This document shows positions 10,890 through 22,281 of a stretch of DNA of 64,000 nt, piece after piece; position 1 is the first letter of the stretch; each line of letters begins with the position of its first letter. This stretch comes from Prochlorococcus sp. scB243_495D8 (GTDB lineage: Bacteria; Cyanobacteriota; Cyanobacteriia; PCC-6307; Cyanobiaceae): the NCBI GenBank assembly GCA_000634195.1, contig JFLT01000015.1, forward strand, positions 148,858 through 212,857, in the 5' to 3' direction. The translations under genes were made by a program, and so were the position numbers. The notes below the pieces were generated by a model, which was given only the letters and a program-made list of their open reading frames with translations, was not told the origin of the DNA and ran no database searches.

Positions 10890-11525
10890 TTATCTAGGCA
10901 TTTTATTTTTTGCCAATCCTGAAATAGTCGCTAAAGCAAACATTCCCAATAGAGCAATCCCAAGAAATAATCCTGCTCCCTGACTAACTCCAGCTCCTAC
11001 TGCGACAAGTATAGAGTCACTGATTAGAAGACTTATTAATAATGCAGGAGTAAAAATTTTCCAGCGAGTTCCTCCAATACCAATTGCATAGCTTAGGAAA
11101 TCAAAAAGGCCAGTCATTAGAAGACCTGTCATAAGAAAGAAATTTTCTTCTAGCTGGTTTTGATTAAAACTTTCAATCTTTTTCATTGCTTTCGGGCCTA
11201 CTAAATTACGTACAGGAACCCGACCATAATTTCTTGCAATAAAGAAAGCAGCTTGGCAAAAAACAATATCAGAAAAGATTATTGTCATGTAACCTTTTTC
11301 AAATCCTAGTAATGAACCAGCTAGAAGAGAATAAGCTGAACTTGGAAGAGCGGGCAAAATAATACTTACTCCTCTAAGTATGAATATTCCAAAAGGTGCC
11401 CAAATTCCCATACTTTTTATTTTGTTTCTAAGAGGTTCAATCCCATAATTTTGGATTAAGTAAATCAATACAACGAATATTGCTATAAAAAAAACTACTG
11501 AGAGAAATTTTTGTATTTTATTCAT
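10890..11525 (-). CDS. TVP38/TMEM64 (VTT/DedA, SNARE-associated) membrane protein
   Basis: Multiple TM helices; P.S....AG.L.G, F..AR.YG, FD.LSY..G pattern. Confidence 0.8.
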   Translation of the reverse strand: MNKIQKFLSVVFFIAIFVVLIYLIQNYGIEPLRNKIKSMGIWAPFGIFILRGVSIILPALPSSAYSLLAGSLLGFEKGYMTIIFSDIVFCQAAFFIARNYGRVPVRNLVGPKAMKKIESFNQNQLEENFFLMTGLLMTGLFDFLSYAIGIGGTRWKIFTPALLISLLISDSILVAVGAGVSQGAGLFLGIALLGMFALATISGLAKNKMPR

Positions 11526-11672
11526 TATCTTTCTAATTAACTTATTGGAAGTAAGGTTTGAATTTAATATTTGATTGTATCTATAATAGAAATACTTATC
11601 AATAAAAATTTTTACAAATTTTTAATCTTATATTTACTCTAGATAAAAGATTTTTGTATTTAACAAGTATTC

Positions 11673-12092
11673 ATGGTTGATTCTAAGAATAAAGTTAGTT
11701 CCATATTTATTAGAAATAGCATTGGTTTAGTTTTTTCAATAATAGTTTCCATTTGTATGTTTATAAAACAAGCAAATGCTTTGCCTCATGAATGGGTTGG
11801 AGTCCCTAAAAGTGAATATGGAGAACAGTTGTGGGATAGGCAAAGTATTAAAAGGAATGAGGATGGTTCTGTGAGAGTATTGAGTAAATATATTCCCAAA
11901 ACAAAAAGTGAAATTACTAAGGATATTCTCTATACAATGGATATAAATTGTTTTGAAAAATCCTTTAGAGACGTTGATGTTTCTATAGAGGAAGTAAATA
12001 GTAATTTTAATGATTTAGCTGATTGGCAAGATCCAAATGGAGATGAATTGATTTTGGGTGTTATTGGTCAAGTCTGCAGAGTAGAAAACTAA
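11673..12092 (+). CDS. Secreted hypothetical protein
   Basis: Signal-peptide-like N-terminus (ANA/L), two Cys, WDRQSI and DINC motifs. Confidence 0.7.
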   Translation: MVDSKNKVSSIFIRNSIGLVFSIIVSICMFIKQANALPHEWVGVPKSEYGEQLWDRQSIKRNEDGSVRVLSKYIPKTKSEITKDILYTMDINCFEKSFRDVDVSIEEVNSNFNDLADWQDPNGDELILGVIGQVCRVEN

Positions 12093-12149
12093 CAAATCTT
12101 AATTTCTAGAAACAAAATAAAAGTAAGTTTCTACTTTTTTAGAAAATAT

Positions 12150-12174
12150 AAAACCCCTTCATAGAAGAGGTTTT
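12150..12174 (-). terminator. Rho-independent terminator after tRNA-Phe
   Basis: Minus strand AAAACCTCTTC-TAT-GAAGGGGTTTT followed by T-rich sequence. Confidence 0.65.
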
Positions 12175-12179
12175 AAAGG

Positions 12180-12252
12180 TGCCAGGACCCAGATTTGAAC
12201 TGGGGACACGGCGATTTTCAGTCGCCTGCTCTACCAACTGAGCTATCCCGGC
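12180..12252 (-). tRNA. tRNA-Phe(GAA)
   Basis: GCCGGGATAGCTCAGTTGGTAGAGCAGGCGACT-GAA-AATCGCC...GTTCAAATCTGGGTCCTGGCA; CCA not fully encoded. Confidence 0.97.
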
Positions 12253-12343
12253 TCTAACTTATATACTTTAAATTAAGATGTGTAGTTTGTGAAACCCTTT
12301 TAATTAAAAATTTTATATCTTCATCAAATATCTAAAAAAACTT

Positions 12344-13573
12344 TTATTTTGAGTTCATCGCTAACAAGGCTGTACCAAATGAAGTAGTTTTTTTACATGA
12401 AACTATTGGGATATTGATAATATTTTCTCTTATTTTTCTCCACTGAGGGTTTTTTGAACCTCCACCAATAGTAATAATTTTTTTTGGAAGTGAACCTGTT
12501 AGTTCGCTTAGCATTTCCCATCCTTTCAATTCGATCTTAGCTAGGCCCTCGAATAATGCATGTAAATAAAGTGAGTCGCTTACTGGCCTTGGACCAAGTA
12601 TCGGCTTTAAATTAGAATCATTAACAGGGAATCTTTCTCCTTTACTATTAAGAGGTAAAAGATTAAAAGAAGTGTTTTTTGATGGATTTATTTGTCGACT
12701 GAGCTCTTTTATTTCTGAATCAGAGAAAAACTGAGATAATATACCACAGCCTGCGTTTGATGCTCCTCCACATATCCAATTGCCGTTTACTCTATGATTT
12801 GTAATTCCTTGTTTTTTTATAGGATTATCAATAATTTTCTTAACTACAATAGTTGTTCCTAAAACTGTGAGACCATCCTTTTTGCCTAAACCTGTAGCTA
12901 TTACACTTGCATTAGAGTCAGTAGTGCCTGAGATTAATATTAATTTCTTATTCAAGTTAAATCTCTCTGCTAAATCAAAATTCACTTGTCCAATAATTTT
13001 CCCACTTTTAATTATTTGAGGCAGGCATTTTCCCCATGAAGTATTTAGATAACTTTTTGGCCATGATTCTTTTTTTAGATCCCAACCAAGTTTTAGATTA
13101 TTTCCTTCTTCTCCATAAGTCCAATCCTTTAAAAACCAACCAGTGATCCAATCAGATTGATGTCGTAAAAGTATATTTGTCCCATATTTATCTATTAGTT
13201 TTAATGCTTTAGCAAGACTACTGTATGGTGTTCGCAGATGATCTTCTCCAGGAGTTAATGATTCAAGAAGCATCTTATGTTCATTACATGCTTGGTCATA
13301 AGATATTGCTTCTCCTATTGGCTCTCCTCGTAAATTTGATGCTGTTAAAGTTCCTGATGTGCCAGATATAGCTAATTTTTGAAGGTTACTTTTTACCTCA
13401 ATAGGTAAACAACCTAAGAGTTTTTCACAAGAATTGATCCAAGAATTTGGATTTTTAAAGCCACATAAATAAGGAACTGAATTTGAATATATCAATTCTT
13501 TATGAAAATTTATTATGGATATTCTTGCGCCACTAGTTCCAAAATCTAATCCCCCGTAAAAATTATCAGGCAT
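12344..13573 (-). CDS. FGGY-family carbohydrate (pentulose) kinase
   Basis: GLDFGTSGAR, GTSGT, GTTDS.A, GGASNAG, GERFP, GGGSKN motifs. Confidence 0.88.
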   Translation of the reverse strand: MPDNFYGGLDFGTSGARISIINFHKELIYSNSVPYLCGFKNPNSWINSCEKLLGCLPIEVKSNLQKLAISGTSGTLTASNLRGEPIGEAISYDQACNEHKMLLESLTPGEDHLRTPYSSLAKALKLIDKYGTNILLRHQSDWITGWFLKDWTYGEEGNNLKLGWDLKKESWPKSYLNTSWGKCLPQIIKSGKIIGQVNFDLAERFNLNKKLILISGTTDSNASVIATGLGKKDGLTVLGTTIVVKKIIDNPIKKQGITNHRVNGNWICGGASNAGCGILSQFFSDSEIKELSRQINPSKNTSFNLLPLNSKGERFPVNDSNLKPILGPRPVSDSLYLHALFEGLAKIELKGWEMLSELTGSLPKKIITIGGGSKNPQWRKIRENIINIPIVSCKKTTSFGTALLAMNSK

Positions 13574-13586
13574 AGAATAAATATTT

Positions 13587-14828
13587 TTATAAAAATACTT
13601 TGGCAGCCTCCGCTAATTGGGCTGCTTTTTCTTCTACTTTTTCCCAAGGGAGATCTAGATCTCTTCTGCCAAAATGTCCATAGGATGCAGTTTTTCTGAA
13701 AAATGTACCACCCATTTTTTGGGGTAGATTTCTTAGATCAAATTCTTTTATAATTGCTGCTGGTCTTAAATCAAAGTAATTATTAATGAGCTCAGTCAAA
13801 TTAGCTTGTGCAATAACGCCAGTATCAAAAGTTTCAACAAGAATGGAAATCGGTTTTGCAACTCCAATTGCATAACTTAATTGTACTTCTGCCTTTTTTG
13901 CTAATTTTGCCTTAACTATACTTTTAGCTACATAACGTGCTGCATAAGCAGCTGATCTATCAACTTTTGTGGGATCCTTACCCGAAAATGCCCCTCCTCC
14001 GTGTCTTGCGTAGCCACCATAAGTATCTACTATAATTTTTCTTCCGGTAAGTCCGGCATCACCTTGAGGACCCCCTACGACAAATTTGCCAGTGGGATTT
14101 ACTAGAAATCTTGTTGTATGAATGTTTGGTTTGATTTCTAAATCTTCAGTAGCAGGAATTACAACATTCTTCCATAAATCTTCTTTTATTCTTTGACGTA
14201 TTTCTTCTTCATTTGTAATACCATCTATCTCAGGATTATGTTGAGTTGAAATTAAAATGGTATTAATCGATAGTGGTACTCCATTTTTATAATCAATACT
14301 TACTTGAGTTTTACCATCAGGGAGTAGATAATTAAGCACGTTTTCGTGCCTTACCTTAGAAAGTTGAATGGCTAACCTATGAGCCAAGCTAATAGGTAAA
14401 GGCATTAATTCAGGCGTCTCATCGCATGCATAGCCGAACATTATACCTTGGTCGCCTGCACCGGTATTATCTTCCAAATCATCGTTAATATCATCTGCTT
14501 CGTTTACTCCTTGAGAAATATCTGGTGATTGCTCGTCAAGTGCTACTAAAACTGCACAACTATTTGCGTCAAAACCACCTGCTCTATAGCCCTCATATCC
14601 AATTTCTTTAATTACATTTCTAACAAGTTTTATATAATCAACCTTTGCTTTTGAAGTTATTTCTCCAGTAAGTAAACAAAGACCCGTATTTACAACAGTT
14701 TCACATGCAACTCTGCTTTCTGGATCTTCTGTCAATAATGCGTCTAAAACAGCGTCACTTATTTGATCACATATTTTGTCAGGATGACCTTCAGTTACGG
14801 ATTCTGAAGTGAAAATGAAATCACTCAT
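13587..14828 (-). CDS. metK: S-adenosylmethionine synthetase
   Basis: [28 protein letters not shown] signatures. Confidence 0.98.
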   Translation of the reverse strand: MSDFIFTSESVTEGHPDKICDQISDAVLDALLTEDPESRVACETVVNTGLCLLTGEITSKAKVDYIKLVRNVIKEIGYEGYRAGGFDANSCAVLVALDEQSPDISQGVNEADDINDDLEDNTGAGDQGIMFGYACDETPELMPLPISLAHRLAIQLSKVRHENVLNYLLPDGKTQVSIDYKNGVPLSINTILISTQHNPEIDGITNEEEIRQRIKEDLWKNVVIPATEDLEIKPNIHTTRFLVNPTGKFVVGGPQGDAGLTGRKIIVDTYGGYARHGGGAFSGKDPTKVDRSAAYAARYVAKSIVKAKLAKKAEVQLSYAIGVAKPISILVETFDTGVIAQANLTELINNYFDLRPAAIIKEFDLRNLPQKMGGTFFRKTASYGHFGRRDLDLPWEKVEEKAAQLAEAAKVFL

Positions 14829-14963
14829 TTACGAATTTTTTGGAATTAGGAAATATCCTAAATTAGATTATCGTTACAAATCAATTATTGTTAATTAAAA
14901 ATACTTGTATAAAAATAATAAGGCTTAAGTTTTGATATTCGTGCACAGAATAAATAAGTGAAG

Positions 14964-16055
14964 TTATACTGTTTCAGTTGAAGCTTTGGGGAGCTCTTCG
15001 TTCACGTCAGTTTGTTCAAATAACATTTGTTTATATTTAGCAGCCATTTCTTCAGCTTTACTAAAAACTTTTTGAGGGTCAGTTAGCATATCTCCTGGTT
15101 CAGGTTCAAGTGCTTTAGTAGATAATGAAATTCGTCCTCTTTCTGAATCAAGGTCAATTATCATAACTTTCATTTGGTCACTCACATTTAAAACATTATG
15201 AGGAGTCTCAATATGTTCATGACTAATTTCAGAAATGTGCAATAATCCACTAACTCCACCAATATCAATAAAGGCTCCATAAGGTTTAATACCTTTTACA
15301 GAACCAACAACTACTTCTCCTACCTCAAGTCGGTTCATTTTTTTCTCAACCAAAGCTCTCCTATGACTTAGTACTAATCTATTTCTCTCTTCATCAACTT
15401 CAAGGAATTTTAAAGGTAAATATTCACCTTCTAAGTCATCTTTAATTTTTCGAGCACTTATATGAGAGCCCGGAATAAAACCTCTCAAGCCTTCTACCCT
15501 AACAAGAGCTCCCCCTCTGTTTGTTGCAAAAACTTCAGAATATATAGTTGCATCTTCTTTTTGAAGTTGTCTAACCCTTTCCCATGCTCTCTGATACTCA
15601 ATTCTTCGAATGGAGAGGGCTAATTGGCCATCTTCATTTTCTTCGCTCATTATGAAAAATTCTCTACTTTCTGAAGGTTGCAAAACATCATTAAGTCCTT
15701 CAACTCTATTTATTGAAACCTCCTGAACAGGCATAAAAGCAGCTGTTTTTGCCCCTATATCTATCATGGCCCCTTTTGGCTCTAGAGCAAAAACGGTACC
15801 TTTAACTAGATCGCCAGGCTTAAAATTATAGTCATACTTTCCCAAAAGTGATGCAAATTCTTCTTGTGTGAATCCTGCATTGTCAAAATCGGTATTTGTT
15901 CTGCTAGAGGAAGAATCAGCTGAAGGGATATCGCTCTTCTCGAATGATAAATCTTCCTCATTTTGGGATGCTGAATCATTTCCTAATTCAGGAGAATTTT
16001 TAGTTTCTTGATCTTCAGAAAGTTCTTTAATGGTTTGGGAAGAATTTTCGTTCAT
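14964..16055 (-). CDS. rpsA: 30S ribosomal protein S1
   Basis: Three S1 repeats (DIGAKTAAF, GLRGFIPGSHIS, YGAFIDIGGVSGLLHISEIS). Confidence 0.96.
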   Translation of the reverse strand: MNENSSQTIKELSEDQETKNSPELGNDSASQNEEDLSFEKSDIPSADSSSSRTNTDFDNAGFTQEEFASLLGKYDYNFKPGDLVKGTVFALEPKGAMIDIGAKTAAFMPVQEVSINRVEGLNDVLQPSESREFFIMSEENEDGQLALSIRRIEYQRAWERVRQLQKEDATIYSEVFATNRGGALVRVEGLRGFIPGSHISARKIKDDLEGEYLPLKFLEVDEERNRLVLSHRRALVEKKMNRLEVGEVVVGSVKGIKPYGAFIDIGGVSGLLHISEISHEHIETPHNVLNVSDQMKVMIIDLDSERGRISLSTKALEPEPGDMLTDPQKVFSKAEEMAAKYKQMLFEQTDVNEELPKASTETV

Positions 16056-16163
16056 TTGTTGTATCGCAGACTACCTAAGGTAGTTAGAAAGGAATGCTAC
16101 TAGCCTGCAAACCAATAGCAAAAACATTTGTGTTATGTATTCTACACTTTAAGATGCTGTATT

Positions 16164-16643
16164 TTATGAAATTGAAGCTAATTGGTTTTTTGAACTTCCT
16201 TTTAGAGATTCAAGAGTAGAAATAAAATCTTTTACCCCATTAAATTTTCTGTAAACTGAGGCGTATCTTATATAGGCGACTTCGTTTTCTTTTCTAAGAT
16301 TTTTAAGTATTAATTCTCCGATTTGTGAAGATTTAATATCTTTATTTGAGTCTTGAACGATTTGTGATTCAATTCCATCTACGAAATTAATAATTGCTTC
16401 ACTACTGAAGTTAGTCTTTTCGCATGCCCTTGATATACCAGTAAATAATTTTTGTTTATCAAATAATTCTCTGCCACCGTCTTTCTTTATGACTGAAACT
16501 GGCATTGTTTCCACTCTTTCATAAGTTGTGAATCTAAAACTACAATTTAAGCACTCTCTTCTTCTTCGAACACTTTTACCACTATCAGCAGATCTTGATT
16601 CCAAAACTCTGCTATCCGTGTTTTGACAGGTTGGACACTGCAT
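16164..16643 (-). CDS. nrdR: Transcriptional repressor NrdR
   Basis: [27 protein letters not shown] zinc ribbon plus ATP-cone [10 protein letters not shown]. Confidence 0.97.
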   Translation of the reverse strand: MQCPTCQNTDSRVLESRSADSGKSVRRRRECLNCSFRFTTYERVETMPVSVIKKDGGRELFDKQKLFTGISRACEKTNFSSEAIINFVDGIESQIVQDSNKDIKSSQIGELILKNLRKENEVAYIRYASVYRKFNGVKDFISTLESLKGSSKNQLASIS

Positions 16644-16697
16644 GTGGTGAAAAAGTGTACTTCAACCCTAATAGTAGGGTAATTTTCTTATTATGAA

Positions 16698-16733
16698 AAG
16701 TAAAAAACCTCTCGTTAAAGAGGTTTTTTACTT
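16698..16733. terminator. Bidirectional-type intrinsic terminator after psbT
   Basis: AAGTAAAAAACCTCT-CGTTAA-AGAGGTTTTTTACTT perfect inverted repeat. Confidence 0.8.
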
Positions 16734-16736
16734 AGT

Positions 16737-16835
16737 TCATTTTCTATCAAATTTAGGTGGGTCTCTAAACGCGACAGCAAAGAACAAGGTTACAACTGCG
16801 AGAGTTAGAATAAGAACGTAAGCGAAAGCTTCCAT
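16737..16835 (-). CDS. psbT: Photosystem II protein T (32 aa, not in ORF track)
   Basis: Translated by hand: [32 protein letters not shown], downstream of psbB. Confidence 0.96.
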   Translation of the reverse strand: MEAFAYVLILTLAVVTLFFAVAFRDPPKFDRK

Positions 16836-16858
16836 AAGATTAAGTGATAAAGTTTAAT

Positions 16859-18382
16859 TTAAACCCTTCCAGGGATTCTTCTTGTGGTTTCGTCTCCAAG
16901 TTTTTTGAATAAACCAAATTCAACTTGGTCGCCAATCTCAGCATCAATACCAGCAAAGGAATTTCTGTAAAGAGTTCTTGAAGCATGCCACCAGTGGCCA
17001 AACAAAAATAGCAATCCGAAACATAAATGTGCATATGTAAACCATGCTCTTGGAGAACTTCGGAATACACCGTCAGATTTATATGTCTCTCTGTCAAACT
17101 TGAATGCTTCTCCAAGTTGAGCCTTTCTTGCTAATCTTTTCACTACTGCAGGATCTGTAAATGTTTGTCCATCTAGGTCTCCTCCATAGATAGTTGCAGT
17201 GATACCAGTTTGCTCAAATGAGTACTTTGCTTCAGCTCTTCTAAATGGGATATCTGCCCTTACATTACCTTCTTTGTCTTCAAGAATGACAGGGAAGTTT
17301 TCAAAGAAATTAGGAATTCTTCTAACTTCTAATTCGTTACCCTCCTTATCTTGGAAAGCAATGTGACCTTGCCAACCAGTTGGTAAACCATCACCGTTAA
17401 CAAGAGCTCCAACTCTAAATAGTCCTCCTTTAGCTGGACTATTACCTACATAATCGTAGAAGGCTAATTTTTCTGGAATCGATGCATATGCCTCTGATTT
17501 AGTTGCACCATCATCGATAGCAGCTTGTACTCTTCTGTTGATTTCAGTTTTGAAATAGCCTGAATCCCATTGATATCTTGTAGGACCAAAAAGCTCTATT
17601 GGGGTGGTTGCTGAACCGTACCACATTGTTCCGGAAACAACGAAAGAAACAAATAGTACTGCAGCTAAAGCACTAGCAAGAACTCCTTCGAGACTTCCAA
17701 GTTTTAATGCTCTGTAAAGTCTTTCTCCAGGTCTGTTGGTAATGTGAAAAATACCTCCAATAATACCCATAAGTCCTGCTGCAATATGGTTAGCTACAAT
17801 CCCTCCTGGATTAAAAGGATTAAATCCTTCAACTCCCCAGGAAGGTGCTACAGGTTCTACATGACCACTTAAACCATAGGGATCAGAAACCCAAATCCCC
17901 ACGTTTGCGCAATGAAAAGCTCCAAAACCAAAACACGTAAGTCCTGCTAAAAGAAGGTGGATTCCAAAAATTCTTGGTAAATCAAGAGCAGGCTCACCAG
18001 TTCTTGAATCTTCCCATAAATCTAGATCCCAATATGTCCAGTGCCAAATAGATGCCAACATCAAAAGGCCACTAAATACTATGTGCGCTGCGGCAACCCC
18101 TTCGAAACTCCAGAATCCAGGATCAACTCCAGTAGCACCCGTAATATCCCATCCATTCCAACTACTTGTGATACCTAGTCTTGCCATGAAAGGCATAACG
18201 TACATCCCCTGTCTCCACATTGGATTGAGAACAGCATCAGAAGGATCAAAAATGGCTAATTCATAAAGAGCCATTGAACCGGCCCAGCCGGCTAATAATG
18301 CAGTATGCATAAGATGCACAGCAAGTAGTCGACCTGGGTCATTAATAACTACTGTGTGAACTCGATACCAAGGCAATCCCAT
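16859..18382 (-). CDS. psbB: Photosystem II CP47 chlorophyll apoprotein
   Basis: [20 protein letters not shown]-terminus, 507 aa. Confidence 0.99.
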   Translation of the reverse strand: MGLPWYRVHTVVINDPGRLLAVHLMHTALLAGWAGSMALYELAIFDPSDAVLNPMWRQGMYVMPFMARLGITSSWNGWDITGATGVDPGFWSFEGVAAAHIVFSGLLMLASIWHWTYWDLDLWEDSRTGEPALDLPRIFGIHLLLAGLTCFGFGAFHCANVGIWVSDPYGLSGHVEPVAPSWGVEGFNPFNPGGIVANHIAAGLMGIIGGIFHITNRPGERLYRALKLGSLEGVLASALAAVLFVSFVVSGTMWYGSATTPIELFGPTRYQWDSGYFKTEINRRVQAAIDDGATKSEAYASIPEKLAFYDYVGNSPAKGGLFRVGALVNGDGLPTGWQGHIAFQDKEGNELEVRRIPNFFENFPVILEDKEGNVRADIPFRRAEAKYSFEQTGITATIYGGDLDGQTFTDPAVVKRLARKAQLGEAFKFDRETYKSDGVFRSSPRAWFTYAHLCFGLLFLFGHWWHASRTLYRNSFAGIDAEIGDQVEFGLFKKLGDETTRRIPGRV

Positions 18383-18604
18383 CGGTTAATTTCTAGTAAC
18401 TATGCTGTATAAACAGCTAAACATCACGATAGTAAGGGTTTTTTAGTCTTTGAGGGATTTTTGTAAATAAATTTATTTTCTTGCAAAAATTGGGCAAATC
18501 CATTGGCAGAAAATCGTTTACAAGAAATTTTTAGCTAAAAACTGTTAATATTTTGGTCACAATTCTCAAAGTTAAACGCCAAAATAAGAAAAATAACTAA
18601 AAAA

Positions 18605-18967
18605 ATGGCAACTATCAGATTTATTCGTGAGGACTTCGAGGTTCAATGTAATCCTGGTGAAAATTTAAGAGAACTCGTAATGAAAGAGAATTTACAGCTT
18701 TATGGACTAAAAGGTATTTTGGGAAATTGTGGAGGCGCTGGACAATGCAGTACTTGCTTTATTTCAGTTGAAGGCGGAAACAAAAATTCTTTAAGCCCTC
18801 TTACATCAGTAGAAGAAGAAAAACTTAAAAATAGACCAGAAAATTGGCGACTAGCATGCCAAACATTGATAAAGTCATCTGCAGTAATCTTAACAAAACC
18901 ACAATCCCCTCCCTCAAATTTGGAAGAACTAAAAAAAATTAGTGAAAATAAAAAATTACCACGCTAA
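18605..18967 (+). CDS. 2Fe-2S ferredoxin (adrenodoxin-like)
   Basis: CGGAGQCSTC...RLACQ cluster ligands. Confidence 0.9.
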   Translation: MATIRFIREDFEVQCNPGENLRELVMKENLQLYGLKGILGNCGGAGQCSTCFISVEGGNKNSLSPLTSVEEEKLKNRPENWRLACQTLIKSSAVILTKPQSPPSNLEELKKISENKKLPR

Positions 18968-19072
18968 ATTGTTTAAGACTGTTAATCAGTTTATAAAATT
19001 TGTTTATTTTTCCACTTTATTTCTAGTTATATGTCTATAGTCTTAATACCTAATTATAGAACTACCAACTAA

Positions 19073-19225
19073 ATGGAAACAACTAACTTTGGATTCGTAG
19101 CTAGTCTTTTATTTGTAGGGGTGCCAACAATATTCCTCATTGGTTTATTTATTTCTACTCAAGATGGAGAAAAATCAAGCTTCTACTCTGACTCTAGTAA
19201 AGGTAGACTTGGACCAAAACGCTGA
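19073..19225 (+). CDS. psbM: Photosystem II protein M (50 aa, not in ORF track)
   Basis: Translated by hand: METTNFGFVASLLFVGVPTIFLIGLFISTQDGEKSSFYSDSSKGRLGPKR. Confidence 0.93.
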   Translation: METTNFGFVASLLFVGVPTIFLIGLFISTQDGEKSSFYSDSSKGRLGPKR

Positions 19226-19236
19226 TGCTTTAATAA

Positions 19237-20106
19237 ATGCTTTGCATTTCTGTAAAGGAATTTTTATTGTGGAAAAAAAAGCAACTTTCAAAAGGTGGTG
19301 ATCAACAATCTTTTGAAGTTTTACTTGATTGTATAGGCGATATTTCGACTAGGGATTTAAACTTGAAAATTTTAAATCCTAATGGGGAATTAAAATTTAA
19401 AAAAAACTTAGAATTTTTAGAGTCTGTTTGGGATGATCATTTAATAAGATCTTGCCCAATTCAATACCTTTGCGGGATAACTTATTGGAGAGACTTAAAA
19501 TTAAAAGTAACAAATAAAGTACTTATTCCCAGACCAGAGACAGAGCTGATAGTAGATATTGTCTTCAATTTATTTAGAAGGAAGTCAGAGAAATTATTTT
19601 TTGCTGAATTAGGAACTGGATCAGGCGCTATAAGTATTGCGTTGGCATTGGCTTATCCATTTAGCGAAGGAGTGGCAACTGATATAGATCAAGACGCATT
19701 AGAAATAGCTACTAAAAATTATATAAATTCTACCAAACAATCAAATTTGAAATTTTATTGTGGAAATTGGTGGTCACCTCTTGAAAATTTTAAAGGAAAA
19801 TTAGACCTTGCTATTTCAAACCCGCCATATATTCCTAAAGATACTTATGAAAAATTATCCAAAGAAGTAAAAAATTTCGAACCTAAAGTTGCTTTATTAG
19901 GCGGCGAAGATGGTTTAAAACACATTAGGGAAATAATACAAAAAGCACCAATATTTTTAAAAGAGAAGGGCTGGCTAATTTTAGAGAATCATTTTGATCA
20001 AGGAGAAAAAGTAAAACAACTTTTTATTAAAAATAAATTTACATCAATAAAAATCGTGAATGATCTTTCAGGTATTGGTAGGTTTACCATTGGAAGATAT
20101 AAATAA
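19237..20106 (+). CDS. prmC: Release factor glutamine methyltransferase
   Basis: PIQYL.G, VLIPRPETE, ELGTGSG, SNPPYI motifs. Confidence 0.95.
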   Translation: MLCISVKEFLLWKKKQLSKGGDQQSFEVLLDCIGDISTRDLNLKILNPNGELKFKKNLEFLESVWDDHLIRSCPIQYLCGITYWRDLKLKVTNKVLIPRPETELIVDIVFNLFRRKSEKLFFAELGTGSGAISIALALAYPFSEGVATDIDQDALEIATKNYINSTKQSNLKFYCGNWWSPLENFKGKLDLAISNPPYIPKDTYEKLSKEVKNFEPKVALLGGEDGLKHIREIIQKAPIFLKEKGWLILENHFDQGEKVKQLFIKNKFTSIKIVNDLSGIGRFTIGRYK

Positions 20107-20129
20107 ATTATTACAAGTTCATAATCTAA

Positions 20130-20711
20130 ATGAATTTAGTAGACTGCAAATCCGCTTTGAAGACTCTTAAAAGTGGTTTACCTATAATCTTCCCAACTGA
20201 CACATTACCTGCGATTGGATGCTTGCCGAAATTTTCAAATATTATTTATGAGTTTAAAAAAAGGGATAGAGATAAACCCTTAATTCTTATGGGGTCAGAA
20301 CATAAACAATTAATTGATTATGTTCACGAATCAGCTAAAGAAGATTACGAAAATATTGCTTCAAAATATTGGCCTGGAGCTCTGACAATAGTTATTCCTG
20401 CTTCAGAAAAGCAGACTACAATCCTCACAAGCAATGATCTTACTCTTGGGTTGAGGGTTCCAAATTCATATATGGCTCAATCTCTCATGAGAGAAACAGG
20501 TCCATTGTTAACTTCAAGTGCAAATATTTCAGGTTTTAAAGGATCTGTTACAGTTGAAGGTATTGCTCTAGACTTCCCTTCAGTAAAAATTTTGGGTCCT
20601 ACCCCCTGGGGAAAAAGAAGTGGAAAAGCAAGCACTATTATATTTTGGAAGAAAAGTGGAGATTGGAGACTGATTAGAGAAGGAGAAGTATTAGTAAAGG
20701 AATTATATTAA
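20130..20711 (+). CDS. tsaC: L-threonylcarbamoyladenylate synthase (YrdC/Sua5)
   Basis: FPTDT, KKR...KPL, YWPGALT, GLRVP, TSSANISG motifs. Confidence 0.92.
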   Translation: MNLVDCKSALKTLKSGLPIIFPTDTLPAIGCLPKFSNIIYEFKKRDRDKPLILMGSEHKQLIDYVHESAKEDYENIASKYWPGALTIVIPASEKQTTILTSNDLTLGLRVPNSYMAQSLMRETGPLLTSSANISGFKGSVTVEGIALDFPSVKILGPTPWGKRSGKASTIIFWKKSGDWRLIREGEVLVKELY

Positions 20712-20878
20712 TGTTTTTATTATTATTTTTTGTGTTATTGATTCAATTTTTTACTTATTGGATATTTGAACCCCTTGCATCTTTTTTAGAGTATGTTCTC
20801 GAAATAAGATTGATTCCTATTATTGCTCTGATAGGTTTAGTCTTTTTATTTTCAGCTAAGAATATTGAACAGAATTAA
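20711..20878 (+). CDS. Small two-helix membrane protein (55 aa, not in ORF track)
   Basis: TAATG stop/start overlap with tsaC; MFLLLFFVLLIQFFTYWIFEPLASFLEYVLEIRLIPIIALIGLVFLFSAKNIEQN. Confidence 0.6.
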   Translation: MFLLLFFVLLIQFFTYWIFEPLASFLEYVLEIRLIPIIALIGLVFLFSAKNIEQN

Positions 20879-20889
20879 ATAAATCAAAA

Positions 20890-20961
20890 TGCCGGCTAAC
20901 AGATTTGAACTGATGACCTTCGCTTTACAAAAGCGCTGCTCTACCGCTGAGCTAAGCCGGC
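20890..20961 (-). tRNA. tRNA-Thr(TGT)
   Basis: GCCGGCTTAGCTCAGCGGTAGAGCAGCGCTTT-TGT-AAAGCG...GTTCAAATCTGTTAGCCGGCA. Confidence 0.96.
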
Positions 20962-21026
20962 AATCTCTCCATCTTACAATCAGGGAGGGTCAATTATCAG
21001 TATTTTTTTAGCTTTTTTTAAATTTA

Positions 21027-21353
21027 TTACTTTTTGATATCTTTATTAGCTTTATCAGTTTTTTTGAATTTTATTTCTCCTGAAATAGTTCTTTTGATTG
21101 GTAAATTGGCAACTAATGCAGTCATTCTATCCTCAGTCTCTAAACTTACGGCCACCTCATCAAAATCAATTTCAACATATTTAGCAACAACATCAAGAAT
21201 CTCTTTCCTCATTTTATCTAAAAGATCAGTTGTTAAAGAACTCATATCAACTCTGTCATGAGCAAGTACAAGTTGTAATCTTTCTCTTGCTGTATTAGCA
21301 CTAGACGTTTCTCTGCCTAGTAATTTATTTATAAGATCTCTGAGAGTCATCAT
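21027..21353 (-). CDS. minE: Cell division topological specificity factor MinE
   Basis: [29 protein letters not shown]. Confidence 0.95.
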   Translation of the reverse strand: MMTLRDLINKLLGRETSSANTARERLQLVLAHDRVDMSSLTTDLLDKMRKEILDVVAKYVEIDFDEVAVSLETEDRMTALVANLPIKRTISGEIKFKKTDKANKDIKK

Positions 21354-21354
21354 T

Positions 21355-22170
21355 TTAAAAAACCTTTGTTTGCATTAATCTCATGAATTTATCTTTAAGA
21401 CTTTTGCCTTCTTTTTTGGGATCGATAATTGGTACATCTTTATTCGTAAGTCTTTGAGAAACATTCAAATAACATTTTTTTGCAGGAGATCTACCATCTG
21501 AAAGTGTCAGTGGCTCTCCTCTATTTGTACTTATTATTACCTGTTCATCTTCTAAAACAATACCTAATAAAGGCAAAGAAAGGATCCCTTGAACATCTTC
21601 AATGGATAACATTTCTTGACTAGCCATCATGTTAGGACGAACTCTATTGATTACAAGTTGAATAGGCTCAATATCAGAAGTATTAAGAATCCCTATTACT
21701 CTATCTGCATCCCTTACTGCGGATAATTCTGGGTTAGTAACAACAATAGCTTCTTTACAGGCTGCAAGGGCATTTTTAAAGCCATCTTCTACACCAGCAG
21801 GACAATCAACTAAGACAAAATCAAAGTTCTCACTAAGTAGCTCACTAATTTTTTTCATATCTTCGGGCTTCATCCAATCCAACATCCTTGGATCTCCAGC
21901 AGGTAGAAGAGCAAGGTTAGGCTCCTTTTTATGTCTAACCAATGCTTGGTCGAGACGACAGTTCTTGTCTAGAACATCTTGAGCAGTATAAATGATGCGA
22001 TTTTCTAATCCTAGAAGAAGATCTAAATTTCTTAAGCCAAAATCAGCATCTAATACAGCAGTTGTTGCTCCGCTATTAGCAAGTGCTATTCCCAGGTTTG
22101 CAGTTAAAGTTGTTTTACCAACCCCTCCCTTGCCTGAACAGATTAATATTGTGCGAGTATTCTTCCCCAC
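21355..22170 (-). CDS. minD: Septum site-determining ATPase MinD
   Basis: [10 protein letters not shown] deviant Walker [19 protein letters not shown]. Confidence 0.97.
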   Translation of the reverse strand: MGKNTRTILICSGKGGVGKTTLTANLGIALANSGATTAVLDADFGLRNLDLLLGLENRIIYTAQDVLDKNCRLDQALVRHKKEPNLALLPAGDPRMLDWMKPEDMKKISELLSENFDFVLVDCPAGVEDGFKNALAACKEAIVVTNPELSAVRDADRVIGILNTSDIEPIQLVINRVRPNMMASQEMLSIEDVQGILSLPLLGIVLEDEQVIISTNRGEPLTLSDGRSPAKKCYLNVSQRLTNKDVPIIDPKKEGKSLKDKFMRLMQTKVF

Positions 22171-22281
22171 GATTTTTAAGATTTTACAAATAATAAAGCC
22201 ACTTGCAGAAAGTTAAATATTTTAAAGATTAAGTAATTCTTAAATTTATCTAGTTTGAATTTATTTATTGCAAATTATTGA

